64,000 nucleotides of DNA, taken from the NCBI GenBank assembly GCA_963713605.1, contig CAVQMO010000010.1, forward strand, positions 416,001-480,000, given 5' to 3'. Both the position numbers and the translations under genes were made by a program. This DNA is from an uncultured Nitrososphaerales archaeon (GTDB lineage Archaea; Thermoproteota; Nitrososphaeria; Nitrososphaerales; Nitrososphaeraceae). The notes under the pieces were generated by a model. The model had not been told where the DNA came from and did not search any database. It saw only the letters and a program-made list of their open reading frames with translations. The stretch's first letter is position 1, and every line of letters begins with the position of its first letter. Below are positions 11,785-22,076 of this stretch, in pieces.

Positions 11785-13959
11785 CTATACAGCATCTAAC
11801 AGTTTCGCTAGATCTTGTCGACTATCAAGGATATCAGACCAACTTGATAAGAGTTTTCTGATGTTATTCTTGCCAACGATCTTTTCAGTAATGTTTAATA
11901 GCGTAAAATCTGTCGGCAAGATCTGATCTATTATCTCCCAATCAAATGGCATTGAAATGGTGGCACGTTCAATAGGTCTCACTGAAAGAACCGATGCAAT
12001 TGTCTTTCCTTTCGCATTTTGGTTGTAATCAAAGAAAATTTTTCCTCGTCTTTTAGAAGTATCCCAATCCATTGTAATCATATCGGGTCGTTTGTTCATC
12101 AGTGTTCTTCCAATGATTTCAGCAAAGCTTCTTGCCTGGTGATATGTGTAATTCGAAGAAATAGGTACAAAAATATGAATTCCCGTTTTACCCGAAGTTT
12201 TAACGTACGATTTGATTTTCAATTTGTCAAAAATCTCAGATTTTAGGAATAGAGCTACTTCAACTGTCTTTATAAACGCGGTACGGTTGTATTCTGGTTC
12301 CTCATTTGTGCTAGTTTCTAAGCCCGAGTAGATATATGGATCTAAATCAAAAACAACGAAATCCGGGTGATTGAGGCCACATTTTTCTTCATCTAGTGCA
12401 GTAGAATTCTTTAAGCAGGCCTCGTAGTCAACAACTCTACTATACCATGGGTGTAGTTCTATACAGCCAAGGTTTGCCAACCAAAGCAATGTTTCCTTAT
12501 TATTGCAGATCAAATAGTTGGTCAACCTCATTGCAGATTCGGAATAAAGCTTCACCGAGTCTACAAAATCTGGCTTTTCCATGTTCCAATTTTTTTGATA
12601 AAAGTGCTTACTATTGATTCCGTCAGGATATCTGCTCAAGGACAAGGGTCTGTCTTTAATCAAGGGAAGCAAGTAGCCGCTTATTTTGTCATAGTATTCA
12701 ATCAAGTCTCCCTTCGTTATCTCATGGTGGTAACGACTCTTCGGCCAAAAAACCTTATCTAGGTTAGAAAAGCTATACTTCATACTATTGGCAGTTACAC
12801 TGGAAGGGGTACCAGAATTTAGCAATTGTGATGTCGACCGCGAGGGCGATATTGATGATATTGACGATGAAATAGATGATGCTACCGAAAGCTCATTAGA
12901 ATTTTGTGGTTTTACGTTTGATAGCTCTTCTACATGTTTAGGCTTTTCAAGAGTGCACTCCTGAGGCTTCTTGTCGTCTCTAACCCTTAAAAATATTGGA
13001 GCCCTCATAATCTTGTCCTTTGTCCATCCGTCAAACTTAACCTCAACTACTAGAAGCGGCTTTACCCAGACTGGCTCCCTATTGGTATAAGGAATGTAAC
13101 TGACAGGACTCTCATCGATAATTATTTTTTGCAATTTATTGAAAATCTCGACGATTTGTGGGAAGTCAAATCCACTTCCAGAATGTCCAACAAAGACAAG
13201 CTCTCCTCTATCGAACACAGCAAGCAGCAGAGACCCAAAGTAGCCTTTTCTATTACCTTCACCGGGAGTATTTCCAATCACCACACAATCCTGAGTCTGT
13301 ATATTTTTGATTTTTAACCAATCATTTGTTCTAGCCCCCTGCAGATATTTGCTTTGTTTATTCTTTGCAATGATGCCCTCTAGGTTGAGTGCCATGATAT
13401 TCTCGAAAAGTTCTATGCCTTTTCCTTCAAAGGATTCTGATATCCTTATCACCTTTTCGCCGCTTCGATTCAAATTCAAATCTAGGACACTTGAAAGTAA
13501 TTCTCGCCGCTTCCACAACTCTAAATTCTCGAGGTTTTTCCCATCTAAGTATAAAATATCAAAAATGTAGAATGTAGAAGGTATTTCATTAGAAAGGTGT
13601 TGTATATCTAAACTGTTTTCTACATTCATTCTTCTCTGATGACTTTGAAAGTCTGGACGGCCCTGCTCATCTAAAACTACTATCTCTCCATCAAGCACAA
13701 TGGAATTCTTGCATCTTATGATCGAAGACGTTATGATGGATTTGATAATTTCTGGATATCTGTGACTAATGGATTTATTAGTTCTCGATTTGAGCTCAAG
13801 TATGTTTTTACTTTTGTGATAAAACAGGATAGCTCTTACTCCATCCCATTTGATTTCGAAATCCCATTTGTTATCATTAAATGGTTTATCAACTGCTGTA
13901 GAAAGCATAGGTCTTATTTTACTCGGGAAATCAGATGATGGGAGATGTTGCATTTCCAT
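11785..13959 (-). CDS. ligD: LigD ATP-dependent ligase domain fused to primase-polymerase (POL) domain
   Basis: Ligase motifs EIKWDG, LDGEIV, YIFDIL, EGIIAK, WLKIK, RAPIFLRVRDDK; Ser-rich linker; POL motifs SNLDKVFWP, TKGDLIEYY, RYPDG, FYQKN, ELHPW, FDLDP, KTSGKTGIH, FFDYNQN, SVRP. Confidence 0.96.
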   Translation of the reverse strand: MEMQHLPSSDFPSKIRPMLSTAVDKPFNDNKWDFEIKWDGVRAILFYHKSKNILELKSRTNKSISHRYPEIIKSIITSSIIRCKNSIVLDGEIVVLDEQGRPDFQSHQRRMNVENSLDIQHLSNEIPSTFYIFDILYLDGKNLENLELWKRRELLSSVLDLNLNRSGEKVIRISESFEGKGIELFENIMALNLEGIIAKNKQSKYLQGARTNDWLKIKNIQTQDCVVIGNTPGEGNRKGYFGSLLLAVFDRGELVFVGHSGSGFDFPQIVEIFNKLQKIIIDESPVSYIPYTNREPVWVKPLLVVEVKFDGWTKDKIMRAPIFLRVRDDKKPQECTLEKPKHVEELSNVKPQNSNELSVASSISSSISSISPSRSTSQLLNSGTPSSVTANSMKYSFSNLDKVFWPKSRYHHEITKGDLIEYYDKISGYLLPLIKDRPLSLSRYPDGINSKHFYQKNWNMEKPDFVDSVKLYSESAMRLTNYLICNNKETLLWLANLGCIELHPWYSRVVDYEACLKNSTALDEEKCGLNHPDFVVFDLDPYIYSGLETSTNEEPEYNRTAFIKTVEVALFLKSEIFDKLKIKSYVKTSGKTGIHIFVPISSNYTYHQARSFAEIIGRTLMNKRPDMITMDWDTSKRRGKIFFDYNQNAKGKTIASVLSVRPIERATISMPFDWEIIDQILPTDFTLLNITEKIVGKNNIRKLLSSWSDILDSRQDLAKLLDAV

Positions 13960-14626
13960 TTTGGTAGAATATAAAAGAATCCATTTCGTAATTTTTTACC
14001 TTGCTTTGGACAAGATTAGAAGTAGAATCAACTCGAGAGTTAGAAAATTCATTACTCACATTGTTTTTTTTTGTAAAAGTATTTTTTTTTGTTTGTGACA
14101 ATACAGAATTAGGCAGAGAGGATGTCAGGTCCTCTTCTGATGCGAACTCATCATTGTACTTTATCAAAAGCCACTGGTTTTCCCGGACAGTTCTAATTAA
14201 TGAGAATTTACCATTTACCTTGTTCCCATGTAAACTAAATGTGATCTTTCCTCTATCAAAATGCTCCGAAAAGTTTTCATTAGATTTTTCTAACTTATAG
14301 AAACCAGTATCCCATACAAGAACTGTACCTGCCCCATAATTTCCCTCAGGGATCGTACCTTCAAACAAAAGATAATCGAAGGGATGGTCTTCCGTAAGAA
14401 CAGCAAGGCGTTTTATTTTGGGATTGAGAGAAATCCCTTTTGGCACGGCCCATGATTTTAGAACGCCATTTTCATCTTCGAGTCTAAAGTCATAGTGCAA
14501 TCTTCTAGCATTATGCTTCTGAATGACAAAGTGCCTTCTGATATCCTTCTTTTGTCCATTAGTGGGAGTTCCAACAGGTTCAGGAGTCTCCGCAAAGTTT
14601 CGTTTCCTATTATATTTTTCAAGCAT
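13931..14626 (-). CDS. LigD 3'-phosphoesterase (PE) domain protein
   Basis: YNRKRNFAETPEP, FVIQKHNARRLHYDFRLE, SWAVPKG, RLAVLTEDHP, FEGTIPEGNYGAGTVLVWDTG, WLLIK. Overlaps the LIG-POL start by 29 nt. Confidence 0.95.
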   Translation of the reverse strand: MLEKYNRKRNFAETPEPVGTPTNGQKKDIRRHFVIQKHNARRLHYDFRLEDENGVLKSWAVPKGISLNPKIKRLAVLTEDHPFDYLLFEGTIPEGNYGAGTVLVWDTGFYKLEKSNENFSEHFDRGKITFSLHGNKVNGKFSLIRTVRENQWLLIKYNDEFASEEDLTSSLPNSVLSQTKKNTFTKKNNVSNEFSNSRVDSTSNLVQSKVKNYEMDSFIFYQNGNATSPII

Positions 14627-15263
14627 GCACTAAATCTAGCCTTTACGTGCTACCTTAATTATTAGGCAGTATGATATTTTTGGATTTGCGTTGTTACATA
14701 GACTTATTCTGTTTACATTAATTATCTTAGCTTCTCGTGCCTTTCGACCCTCTTAATAACTATTAGCGCTTGTGCTGCATTATACAATTACAATTTAATA
14801 GAAGATTGAAGGGTAAAAACCCCTGAAAGGCGGCATCCGTTTCTGGCCGCATATAGAAATCTACTCGGAAACTAGAATTGAGTCTGATAATGTAGTATGA
14901 AACCTTTGGCCTGAGTCATTTACACCCCGCATGTCAACGGAACTACGCATGTCAAATTCTCATTTTCCACAATTCATTCAAGGGTTCGGAATCTACGTTA
15001 AAAGCACCCAAAATACAGGCATAATACAGTAGAGGTTTTCTCGAGTTTATAGGGGTACGGTTACGACATCCTATGATTTGTGCCATCGCCATTTAGGTCA
15101 GGAAACTACCTGTCCACTTTATTATCAAATAAGTCGATCCAATAAATACCGTTCAAAGAATTTAGCATGTTCTTCCTACAAGGAATTACTACGCAACATT
15201 TGAACAATATTGCAAAATTGCGAAGTTGAGATGAATGTATGAATGTGTAGCTAAAGTATACTT

Positions 15264-15779
15264 CTATCTTATCTTCGATCTTTTAATTTTTTCCTGCAAA
15301 AGCATAACACCTTGAATCAAAGTCTCGGGACGGGGGGGACAACCAGGAACGTACACATCAACAGGAATGATCCCGTCGACGCCCGGAAGCACATTATATG
15401 AGTCAATATATAGGCCACCTGTAATCGCGCAAGCTCCCATCGCCACGACATATTTAGGATCAGGCATTTGATCATAAACCATACGTAGCCTCGGTGCCAT
15501 CTTTCTTGTAACGGTCCCTTGTACGACTATTAAATCACATTGTCTAAGGGAACCAAATGCCTCTATTATCCCAAATCTCTCTGCATCGTATCTAGGTCCA
15601 GAAACAGCACCAAATTCAACACTACAACAAGCTGTCTCAAGATGAACCGGCCACAATGACCAAACTCTCCCCCAGTTTATTGCAAATCCAAGTGGCTTAT
15701 CTAGTGCGTTAATTAAAACGTCTCCAATTTTGCTTACCATGACATTGAAGTTAGATTGATTGAGCAGTTCGGTCTTCAA
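15264..15779 (-). CDS. nuoB: NADH-quinone oxidoreductase subunit B (stand-alone)
   Basis: TACCSVE, RQCDLIVVQGT, MGACAITGG, VDVYVPGCPPRPE. Likely TTG start at 15779 (ORF extends to 15809). Confidence 0.93.
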   Translation of the reverse strand: MKTELLNQSNFNVMVSKIGDVLINALDKPLGFAINWGRVWSLWPVHLETACCSVEFGAVSGPRYDAERFGIIEAFGSLRQCDLIVVQGTVTRKMAPRLRMVYDQMPDPKYVVAMGACAITGGLYIDSYNVLPGVDGIIPVDVYVPGCPPRPETLIQGVMLLQEKIKRSKIR

Positions 15780-15908
15780 TCTTTTTATAGCCTCTCTGAG
15801 ATCCAACAATACTCCCCATACATCCTATTTAATACTTCAGAATACCTCATTCTATGAAGAGCATTCTAAATTATCAAAAAATGTATAAACGATAACTAAT
15901 TTCAAGTA

Positions 15909-16880
15909 ATGACATTGGGATTAAGAATCGGATTCCACGTATCAATTTCAGGAGGAATTTCAAACTCCGTGGATAATGCACTCAAGGAAGAATGTACAGC
16001 ATTTCAAATATTCAGCAGAAATCCTCGAGGGTGGGCGGCCAAACCTTTAGATGACAAGGACGTAGCATTATTCAAGAATAAACTGTCAGGAGACTCTGAT
16101 GGTAACGTATCAACCAGAAGTACGCAGGCGAAACCCCTCCATATCGGTAAAGGAGAGATGGCGAGAAAGGGCAAGCAGGAAATCGATAGAAATGCTATTT
16201 TCGTCCATATGCCTTATCTTCCGAACCTTTCTTCACCAAATAAACAAATTTATGATCAATCTGTGGCTGTCTTGACAGATGAACTCAATCGATGTGATGC
16301 TTTAGACGTACGCTTTTTAGTAGTTCATCTGGGAAGTCACCAGGGGGAAGGAATCAAGAAGGGGGTTGAACAATTGGTTATGGCATGCTCTCATGCTTTC
16401 GAGTCGACTTTGGGGGAGAACGCTGTCTCTATACTTTTAGAAAATAGTGCCGGTCAGAAGAACACCGTTGCCAGTGATTTTGCAGAATTAAGAATAATAC
16501 TCGATAGGCTGTATGATTATAATTCAAGTAGCAAAAAAGATCGATACGGCGTATGTTTGGATACTTGCCATGCATTTGCTTCGGGTTACGATCTTGCCTC
16601 AGAAGAAGCAGTTAATGTCACGATGGATAAATTCGACTCGCAAGTTGGATTAGGGCATCTCAAACTTATACATTTGAATGACTCGAGAGACAAGTTCTTT
16701 TCTCGCAGAGACAGGCATGAGCATGTAGGCCTCGGAGAAATAGGGAAGGAAGGGTTTAAGGCATTCTTGAAACATAAATCCCACATAAATACACCCCTAA
16801 TAATGGAAACTCCAATCGATAATAGAAGAAGCAATTCAGATAACCTAAAGTTTGTTAAGACTATTATTGGTAGCACTTGA
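15909..16880 (+). CDS. nfo: Endonuclease IV (AP endonuclease)
   Basis: IGFHVSISGG, FQIFSRNPRGW, HMPYLPNL, HLGS, LLENSAG, CLDTCHAFASG, HLNDS, DRHEH, IMETP. Confidence 0.95.
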   Translation: MTLGLRIGFHVSISGGISNSVDNALKEECTAFQIFSRNPRGWAAKPLDDKDVALFKNKLSGDSDGNVSTRSTQAKPLHIGKGEMARKGKQEIDRNAIFVHMPYLPNLSSPNKQIYDQSVAVLTDELNRCDALDVRFLVVHLGSHQGEGIKKGVEQLVMACSHAFESTLGENAVSILLENSAGQKNTVASDFAELRIILDRLYDYNSSSKKDRYGVCLDTCHAFASGYDLASEEAVNVTMDKFDSQVGLGHLKLIHLNDSRDKFFSRRDRHEHVGLGEIGKEGFKAFLKHKSHINTPLIMETPIDNRRSNSDNLKFVKTIIGST

Positions 16881-17133
16881 ATAAGAAGAACGCTACGATC
16901 TGCTCTAGGAAAATACTTTAGGAGAGTTGTTTCATTATCAAAAGAAACCGACGTCGTAGCAACATTTCAAGCGATAATTGGTGGGTAGTCAGTTTTCAAC
17001 TTAATTGCCGTCACATCTTGGCTAGACCATTGTTGATGCTATTTCATTGAAGTGTAACAAGTCACGCACGAAATACAGTCATCAGAATAAAGATCTACGT
17101 ACATTCTCCTTGGAGACTTTATCCTGATATCTA

Positions 17134-17418
17134 TCAAAGATCGCTGACTGCTATATGTTCAATTGAATGCGTTGGAATTAATTCCCTATTGATTATTACA
17201 TTCGCGGCTTCATCCTCATAATAAGTGATTGTTACATATTCTGCGACCACCTGTACATTAATTGTTTCAATCGACTCATTTCGTTCATATTTTGTCGTGG
17301 ATATATCCAATTTTTCTACCATACTCGAGACTGATGTACGCCTCAAATGAGTAATGATCACATTTTTGACCCGTACTCCATGAAACTTTATGGACGTTTC
17401 TTTTCCTGAGTCATCCAT
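17134..17418 (-). CDS. Small hypothetical protein
   Basis: 94-aa ATG-started ORF with an AT-rich promoter-like region upstream. Confidence 0.6.
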   Translation of the reverse strand: MDDSGKETSIKFHGVRVKNVIITHLRRTSVSSMVEKLDISTTKYERNESIETINVQVVAEYVTITYYEDEAANVIINRELIPTHSIEHIAVSDL

Positions 17419-18000
17419 TACTCAACTCTAATTGTGCAAGTACTTTAACGTATCTAAAGGTGGAAAAGACGAAGTTACAGCAAAAAGATGCTGAGGGTCG
17501 GTTTAATAGTAATCTTTAGATTACAAAGGTTGAGCTACAATGAATGACTGATATTAAACCATATTGGAAGGGAGCAAAGCGAAGCAAATGCTCAAACCCT
17601 AGGGTTGAGCGTCATGCTCAATAAGCAGCGTAGAGAAAAGATTTAAAAATTTGTTAAAACTGAAACATTCACTTTTATTTCTCCTATCTATTTACTCTTC
17701 AACAGGTACTTTATGACGGCATACGTAGTTCCTATTAATCCTTACAATGTTGTGAACAAGTTAATCAATTTGATCTCTCGTGCATGCAGCACATCCACAT
17801 CTAGATAATGTTACTAATATAGAGGAATTTCAAATATAGGGCCAATTGAATTGGTCCATTTGCGCTATTTCTCTCCTGCATGAATTAATATGTCGAATTA
17901 CGCTTATTTGATTAAATCTAAGATTTCGTAAAGACCAATGTCAATCATTTGGTTAGATACCAAAACAACCCTTAACTAGCTCCTAAGTCAGTTCTTTAGT

Positions 18001-18168
18001 ATGAGTATCATAATTCTAGAACTTACCAGGAAGGAGTTAGAGATTCTGTATGCTTCTTTCAAGAGATATTTAGATCCGTCGACTCCTGTGCTTGTACCAG
18101 AAGATGCCACATTAGATGAGATGAACGAACTCTCCGAGAAACTTAAAAAAGAATTAGATAAAAGTTAG
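18001..18168 (+). CDS. 55-aa microprotein (not in ORF track)
   Basis: MSIIILELTRKELEILYASFKRYLDPSTPVLVPEDATLDEMNELSEKLKKELDKS; protein-like helical composition. Confidence 0.55.
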   Translation: MSIIILELTRKELEILYASFKRYLDPSTPVLVPEDATLDEMNELSEKLKKELDKS

Positions 18169-18291
18169 ATAGGACCTAGTGTGTCCCCAAAAAATAACAG
18201 GTTCTGATGGTTTTTGCATACTTAAATGTCATGAAATCTATACTAATTAAGTATCATCCCTCCTAACTTGCTACCAAATAGTGAATGACAC

Positions 18292-19836
18292 CTAGATTTG
18301 GGATGCTGCTCTAGCAACAACCTCTGATAGGGCGGGATGCACATGAACGGCCCTGTTAATATTATCGATAGTTCCGACATTGCCCATCGAATCAGAAGTT
18401 TTCATGGCTACCGCCACCTCATGAATAAGAACAGGCGCATCTGTTCCGATGATGTGACAACCAAGTATTTTTCTGCTTTCCTTGTCGACGAGGAACTTTA
18501 CGAAGCCTTCGTGATCCTCTATTGCAAGGCCCATCCCAGTGTTGATGAAAGGGTAAATTGATTTTAAGTAATCTTTATTCTCCTTTTTTCCTTGCTGTTT
18601 CAATGATTGCTCTGTGACACCAACCGCAGCAATCTGTGGAGAAGTAAATATTGCGTGAGGAATTGCAGCATAGTCAACCGGGATCTTGTCTTGTCCGTGA
18701 ATTATATTATGAATTGCATACAGTGCTTCTAAATTCGCACTGTGTTTGAATGTATATCTTCCGACAACGTCTCCAAGTGAATAGATATCTTGAATATTCG
18801 TCTGTAAGAATTCGTCCGTTAAAACATACCCTCTCTCATCCAATTTCACACCAGTTTTTCCCAGATCAAGTGTATCTGAATTCGGAATCCTCCCGACTGC
18901 TATCAGTAACTGATCAGATTCGACCTTTATCGTACTTCCCGATTCATTATTCTTTGCCGTAACTCTATAAATTTTGGAATTATCACTTCCAGTAATTTCG
19001 CTATTGTTTTCAAGGGTAACCCTGTTGGGATTGTTAACCTTTGAAACTAACTCTGTGAAATAACCTAGATACACATTGTATTTTTTAGAAAGTAAATCAG
19101 TTAATTTTTTTGAAATATCTTCATCCTCATTAGGTATCAATTTGTTTTGAATCTGTATAATATTTATTTTCGTTCCAAGGCTTCCAAAGAAATGGGCTAA
19201 TTCGCAGCATATGTATCCTCCTCCTATTATGGTAAGATTAACTGGTTGTTTTTTTAGCCTTAGGGCCTGATCGCTGGTTATAAAACCAGATGCATTTAAC
19301 CCCTTTATTTTTGGAATTCTTGGTCTGGAGCCTGATGCGATTAGAACCTTACGGCCAGTAATTCTTTGATTTCCTGCGTTGTGACTATAAGAGTGTCGTT
19401 TGTTGCCTTGTCCAATTATCCTGCCGCTGTGCGGAAATGTATCTATTCCTTTGAGCAATAATTCTTTAGAGCCAATGAACTTGCACTCATTGTAAAATAC
19501 TCTTGGATTATTCACTCTATTGTATGCTTCCTTAATTTCCTCAGAATGTGAATCAACTATGCTAATTACGCGACTTACTATTTTTTCGAAATCAATCAAT
19601 ACCTTTCCGCGTATAGTTATCCCAAAAGTTTCGCATTGCCTAATTAATTCCAAGACATCGGCGCTGTGAATTAGTAATTTAGAGGGAATACAACCCCTAT
19701 TAAGACAAGTGCCACCCATCCTATCTTTTTCTATTAGAGCGACACTAAGTCCCGTTTTCGCAGCTGCATTTGCAACGTCCAAGCCAGAGCCAGATCCTAT
19801 GACTATCAAATCGAAATTATTAGAGTCCTTGATCAT
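18292..19836 (-). CDS. Class I pyridine nucleotide-disulfide oxidoreductase (dihydrolipoyl dehydrogenase/mycothione reductase-like)
   Basis: IGSGSG, GGTCLNRGCIPSK redox disulfide, IIGGGYI, GRIPN, GDV, C-terminal HPALSE. Confidence 0.9.
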   Translation of the reverse strand: MIKDSNNFDLIVIGSGSGLDVANAAAKTGLSVALIEKDRMGGTCLNRGCIPSKLLIHSADVLELIRQCETFGITIRGKVLIDFEKIVSRVISIVDSHSEEIKEAYNRVNNPRVFYNECKFIGSKELLLKGIDTFPHSGRIIGQGNKRHSYSHNAGNQRITGRKVLIASGSRPRIPKIKGLNASGFITSDQALRLKKQPVNLTIIGGGYICCELAHFFGSLGTKINIIQIQNKLIPNEDEDISKKLTDLLSKKYNVYLGYFTELVSKVNNPNRVTLENNSEITGSDNSKIYRVTAKNNESGSTIKVESDQLLIAVGRIPNSDTLDLGKTGVKLDERGYVLTDEFLQTNIQDIYSLGDVVGRYTFKHSANLEALYAIHNIIHGQDKIPVDYAAIPHAIFTSPQIAAVGVTEQSLKQQGKKENKDYLKSIYPFINTGMGLAIEDHEGFVKFLVDKESRKILGCHIIGTDAPVLIHEVAVAMKTSDSMGNVGTIDNINRAVHVHPALSEVVARAASQI

Positions 19837-20095
19837 CTAGGTGGGAAGGAAATTACATAGCAGAGATAAAAGGGTATTTGGAAATAGCTGCTACAATTGC
19901 TAATCAAATGGTGGAAAATTAATCTTATTCTATCTTCATGAGCCGGATAAATTAACCATCCCACCTAGTTAGATTTCTATATTTAATCCTTACAGTTGGC
20001 AACGCACCTATTGGCACCTACTCTATTATCTCGATATACGAGTTTAACCCGTGTAAGCTATAGATCTTTAATCTCACTTACAACTTTATTGTAAT

Positions 20096-20470
20096 TCAGT
20101 TTGATTTTTTAATGACGCGTACAAAAGGTAACTTATCTGAAAATTTTTTATCTTTTTCTATAGCCTCGCTTCCGTAGCCTTGATCTTTTGTAAAGTAGTA
20201 AGATTTGTCAGGTTTAGCTTTTCTTTCAAATTGCTCTGCTTCGTCCTCTGTAATGGTGAGATACACTACATGTCCATCCCACCCTTCTACCTTAACTACC
20301 GGAATGTAATAGTATTTTTTACCTTTTTTTATCACGATCGTGTCTTTGTTTACAGCCTCAACCTCCCCGATTTCCTTCCCCTTTCTTTTTCTCACATAGA
20401 CGGGCTGTTTGGTTAAATCCATTACACTTTTTGTAGACTCCTTATCACGATCTAGCTTATTGTATGTCAA
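20096..20470 (-). CDS. PRC-barrel/DUF2171-like small protein
   Basis: GKEIGEVEAVNKDTIVIKKG..YYIPVVKVEGWDG, similar to 5708 and 22420. Confidence 0.7.
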   Translation of the reverse strand: MTYNKLDRDKESTKSVMDLTKQPVYVRKRKGKEIGEVEAVNKDTIVIKKGKKYYYIPVVKVEGWDGHVVYLTITEDEAEQFERKAKPDKSYYFTKDQGYGSEAIEKDKKFSDKLPFVRVIKKSN

Positions 20471-20836
20471 ACGGCTCCTACCTTTTTATTGATTATAATA
20501 GTATTTAACGGTATAATGCCTAGCTTATCTCCCCCAAAGAGAGGATACAAAATATCGGCCAATCGTTGTAGAACTTTTCAAGGGATGAAGATATCATCGT
20601 CGGCTGTAGTATCTTATTCATATAGAGGATCAAGATGTTTTTATTAACGATACTATCAAAATAAGATACTATCAGACCGGTAATATTGAAAGTAGCTGCG
20701 ATCTATCTTGATTTCTCCGTTAAAAGGGTCCAATATAGCAATATAATATAGGATTAGCGGTGTTAAATAGATAAATTTCACCATCGACGAAACTGGAGTC
20801 TACTCTTTTATAGTTTGTCGAATAAATTTTGTTGAA

Positions 20837-21172
20837 ATGGGAAAGCTAACTGACAAAGTTAAAGATACTTTAGCGGGGGCTAAGGACTCTATTATGGGAA
20901 CTGAAGAGAATACTAAAAATCGACAATCTGGCAGTGATCCTTTAACTGAATATGAATCTAAGGAACCGATGACGCCTGCAAAGATAAAAGAACATGAACC
21001 AACAGCTGTCAAGAGAGAAATGACAGAGAATATTACAGAGGCAGGGCAAGTGAGAACAAATCCACAAGAGGCTGCTGAGAGAGCTCGAAGAAGCGGAATG
21101 ACTAAAGGAACAGCTGGTGCAGGCACCACGGGAAGTGAATACGAAGAAGGGAACACGGGCATAAATCAGTAA
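20837..21172 (+). CDS. Hydrophilic, probably disordered small protein (stress/LEA-like composition)
   Basis: 111 aa rich in E/T/K/G, no Cys/Trp/Phe; followed by a T-run at about 21197. Confidence 0.7.
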   Translation: MGKLTDKVKDTLAGAKDSIMGTEENTKNRQSGSDPLTEYESKEPMTPAKIKEHEPTAVKREMTENITEAGQVRTNPQEAAERARRSGMTKGTAGAGTTGSEYEEGNTGINQ

Positions 21173-21339
21173 ATTTATTTGATGAAATAATATTACTTTT
21201 TTTACGGTGAGATAAACCTTTCATGAGATTGTAAATGAATCTTGTTCAAGGTAAAAGAACCCTTGATAGATTAATATCTTTTCCAAAATCACAAAAAATA
21301 ATATTTTGAGAATCTGATGCGGGTAATATACTCCCTACC

Positions 21340-21570
21340 TTAGGGATGTGCATTTCTAACATGTTCATCAAGTTCTTCATTATTACGAGCAGTTAATCCA
21401 CAAATCGTACACGTTTGAGACAAATTATAATCCTGCTCTGTGATCTTGCTGACATTTTGTATATGACCGCAGCTTAAATAATGCTCATCGAAATTAGCGC
21501 CATTAACAATTTCTGTTATTTCAGCATCACAATTGCACACACGACATTTTGTTGTATTCCGGCTTCCCAT
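21340..21570 (-). CDS. Small zinc-binding protein (CxxC...CGH plus C2H2 finger)
   Basis: CRVC...LSCGH and CTIC...LDEHVRNAH. Confidence 0.7.
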   Translation of the reverse strand: MGSRNTTKCRVCNCDAEITEIVNGANFDEHYLSCGHIQNVSKITEQDYNLSQTCTICGLTARNNEELDEHVRNAHP

Positions 21571-21731
21571 TAGATCACCTTACTTGTGCCATTATTATTT
21601 ATTAAAGTTCGTTTGAAAGAGAATTGAGGAACTGCTACGTGTGGTCTCCCTTCCACATCTACATAGTTTGATTTATTTTAACCTCTCTCCTTCTCTTTAC
21701 CTTTAAATATTATATATTCACATCTTTGTAT

Positions 21732-21860
21732 ATGCAGGGAGAACCAGGTGTTGACTACGACGAACCCAATCTTGATCCGCTGATATGCGATATATGCAAG
21801 CAGCGATTCGACAGCCTTGACACATTAGGAGAGCATCAAAAGAAAAATCATAATATGTGA
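21732..21860 (+). CDS. 42-aa C2H2 zinc-finger microprotein (not in ORF track)
   Basis: MQGEPGVDYDEPNLDPLICDICKQRFDSLDTLGEHQKKNHNM; TATA-like tttaaata about 30 nt upstream. Confidence 0.75.
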   Translation: MQGEPGVDYDEPNLDPLICDICKQRFDSLDTLGEHQKKNHNM

Positions 21861-22076
21861 ACTCCAAATTACCTGTCTTCGACTCAACAGCACTAATTAT
21901 AAAACATTTAAAAAAAATGATAAATAATCATTATCATGTGCATCAGTTAGGACAATAGATTCTTGGCTAGAAGGTTAAAAGTTTCTTTAGTTGAATTGGC
22001 GCTACGTTAGTTTATAAGAGGTTATTTACTGATCAGATTCAGGTTATCATTATTGAAACGAAGAAGTAGTTTTTCG

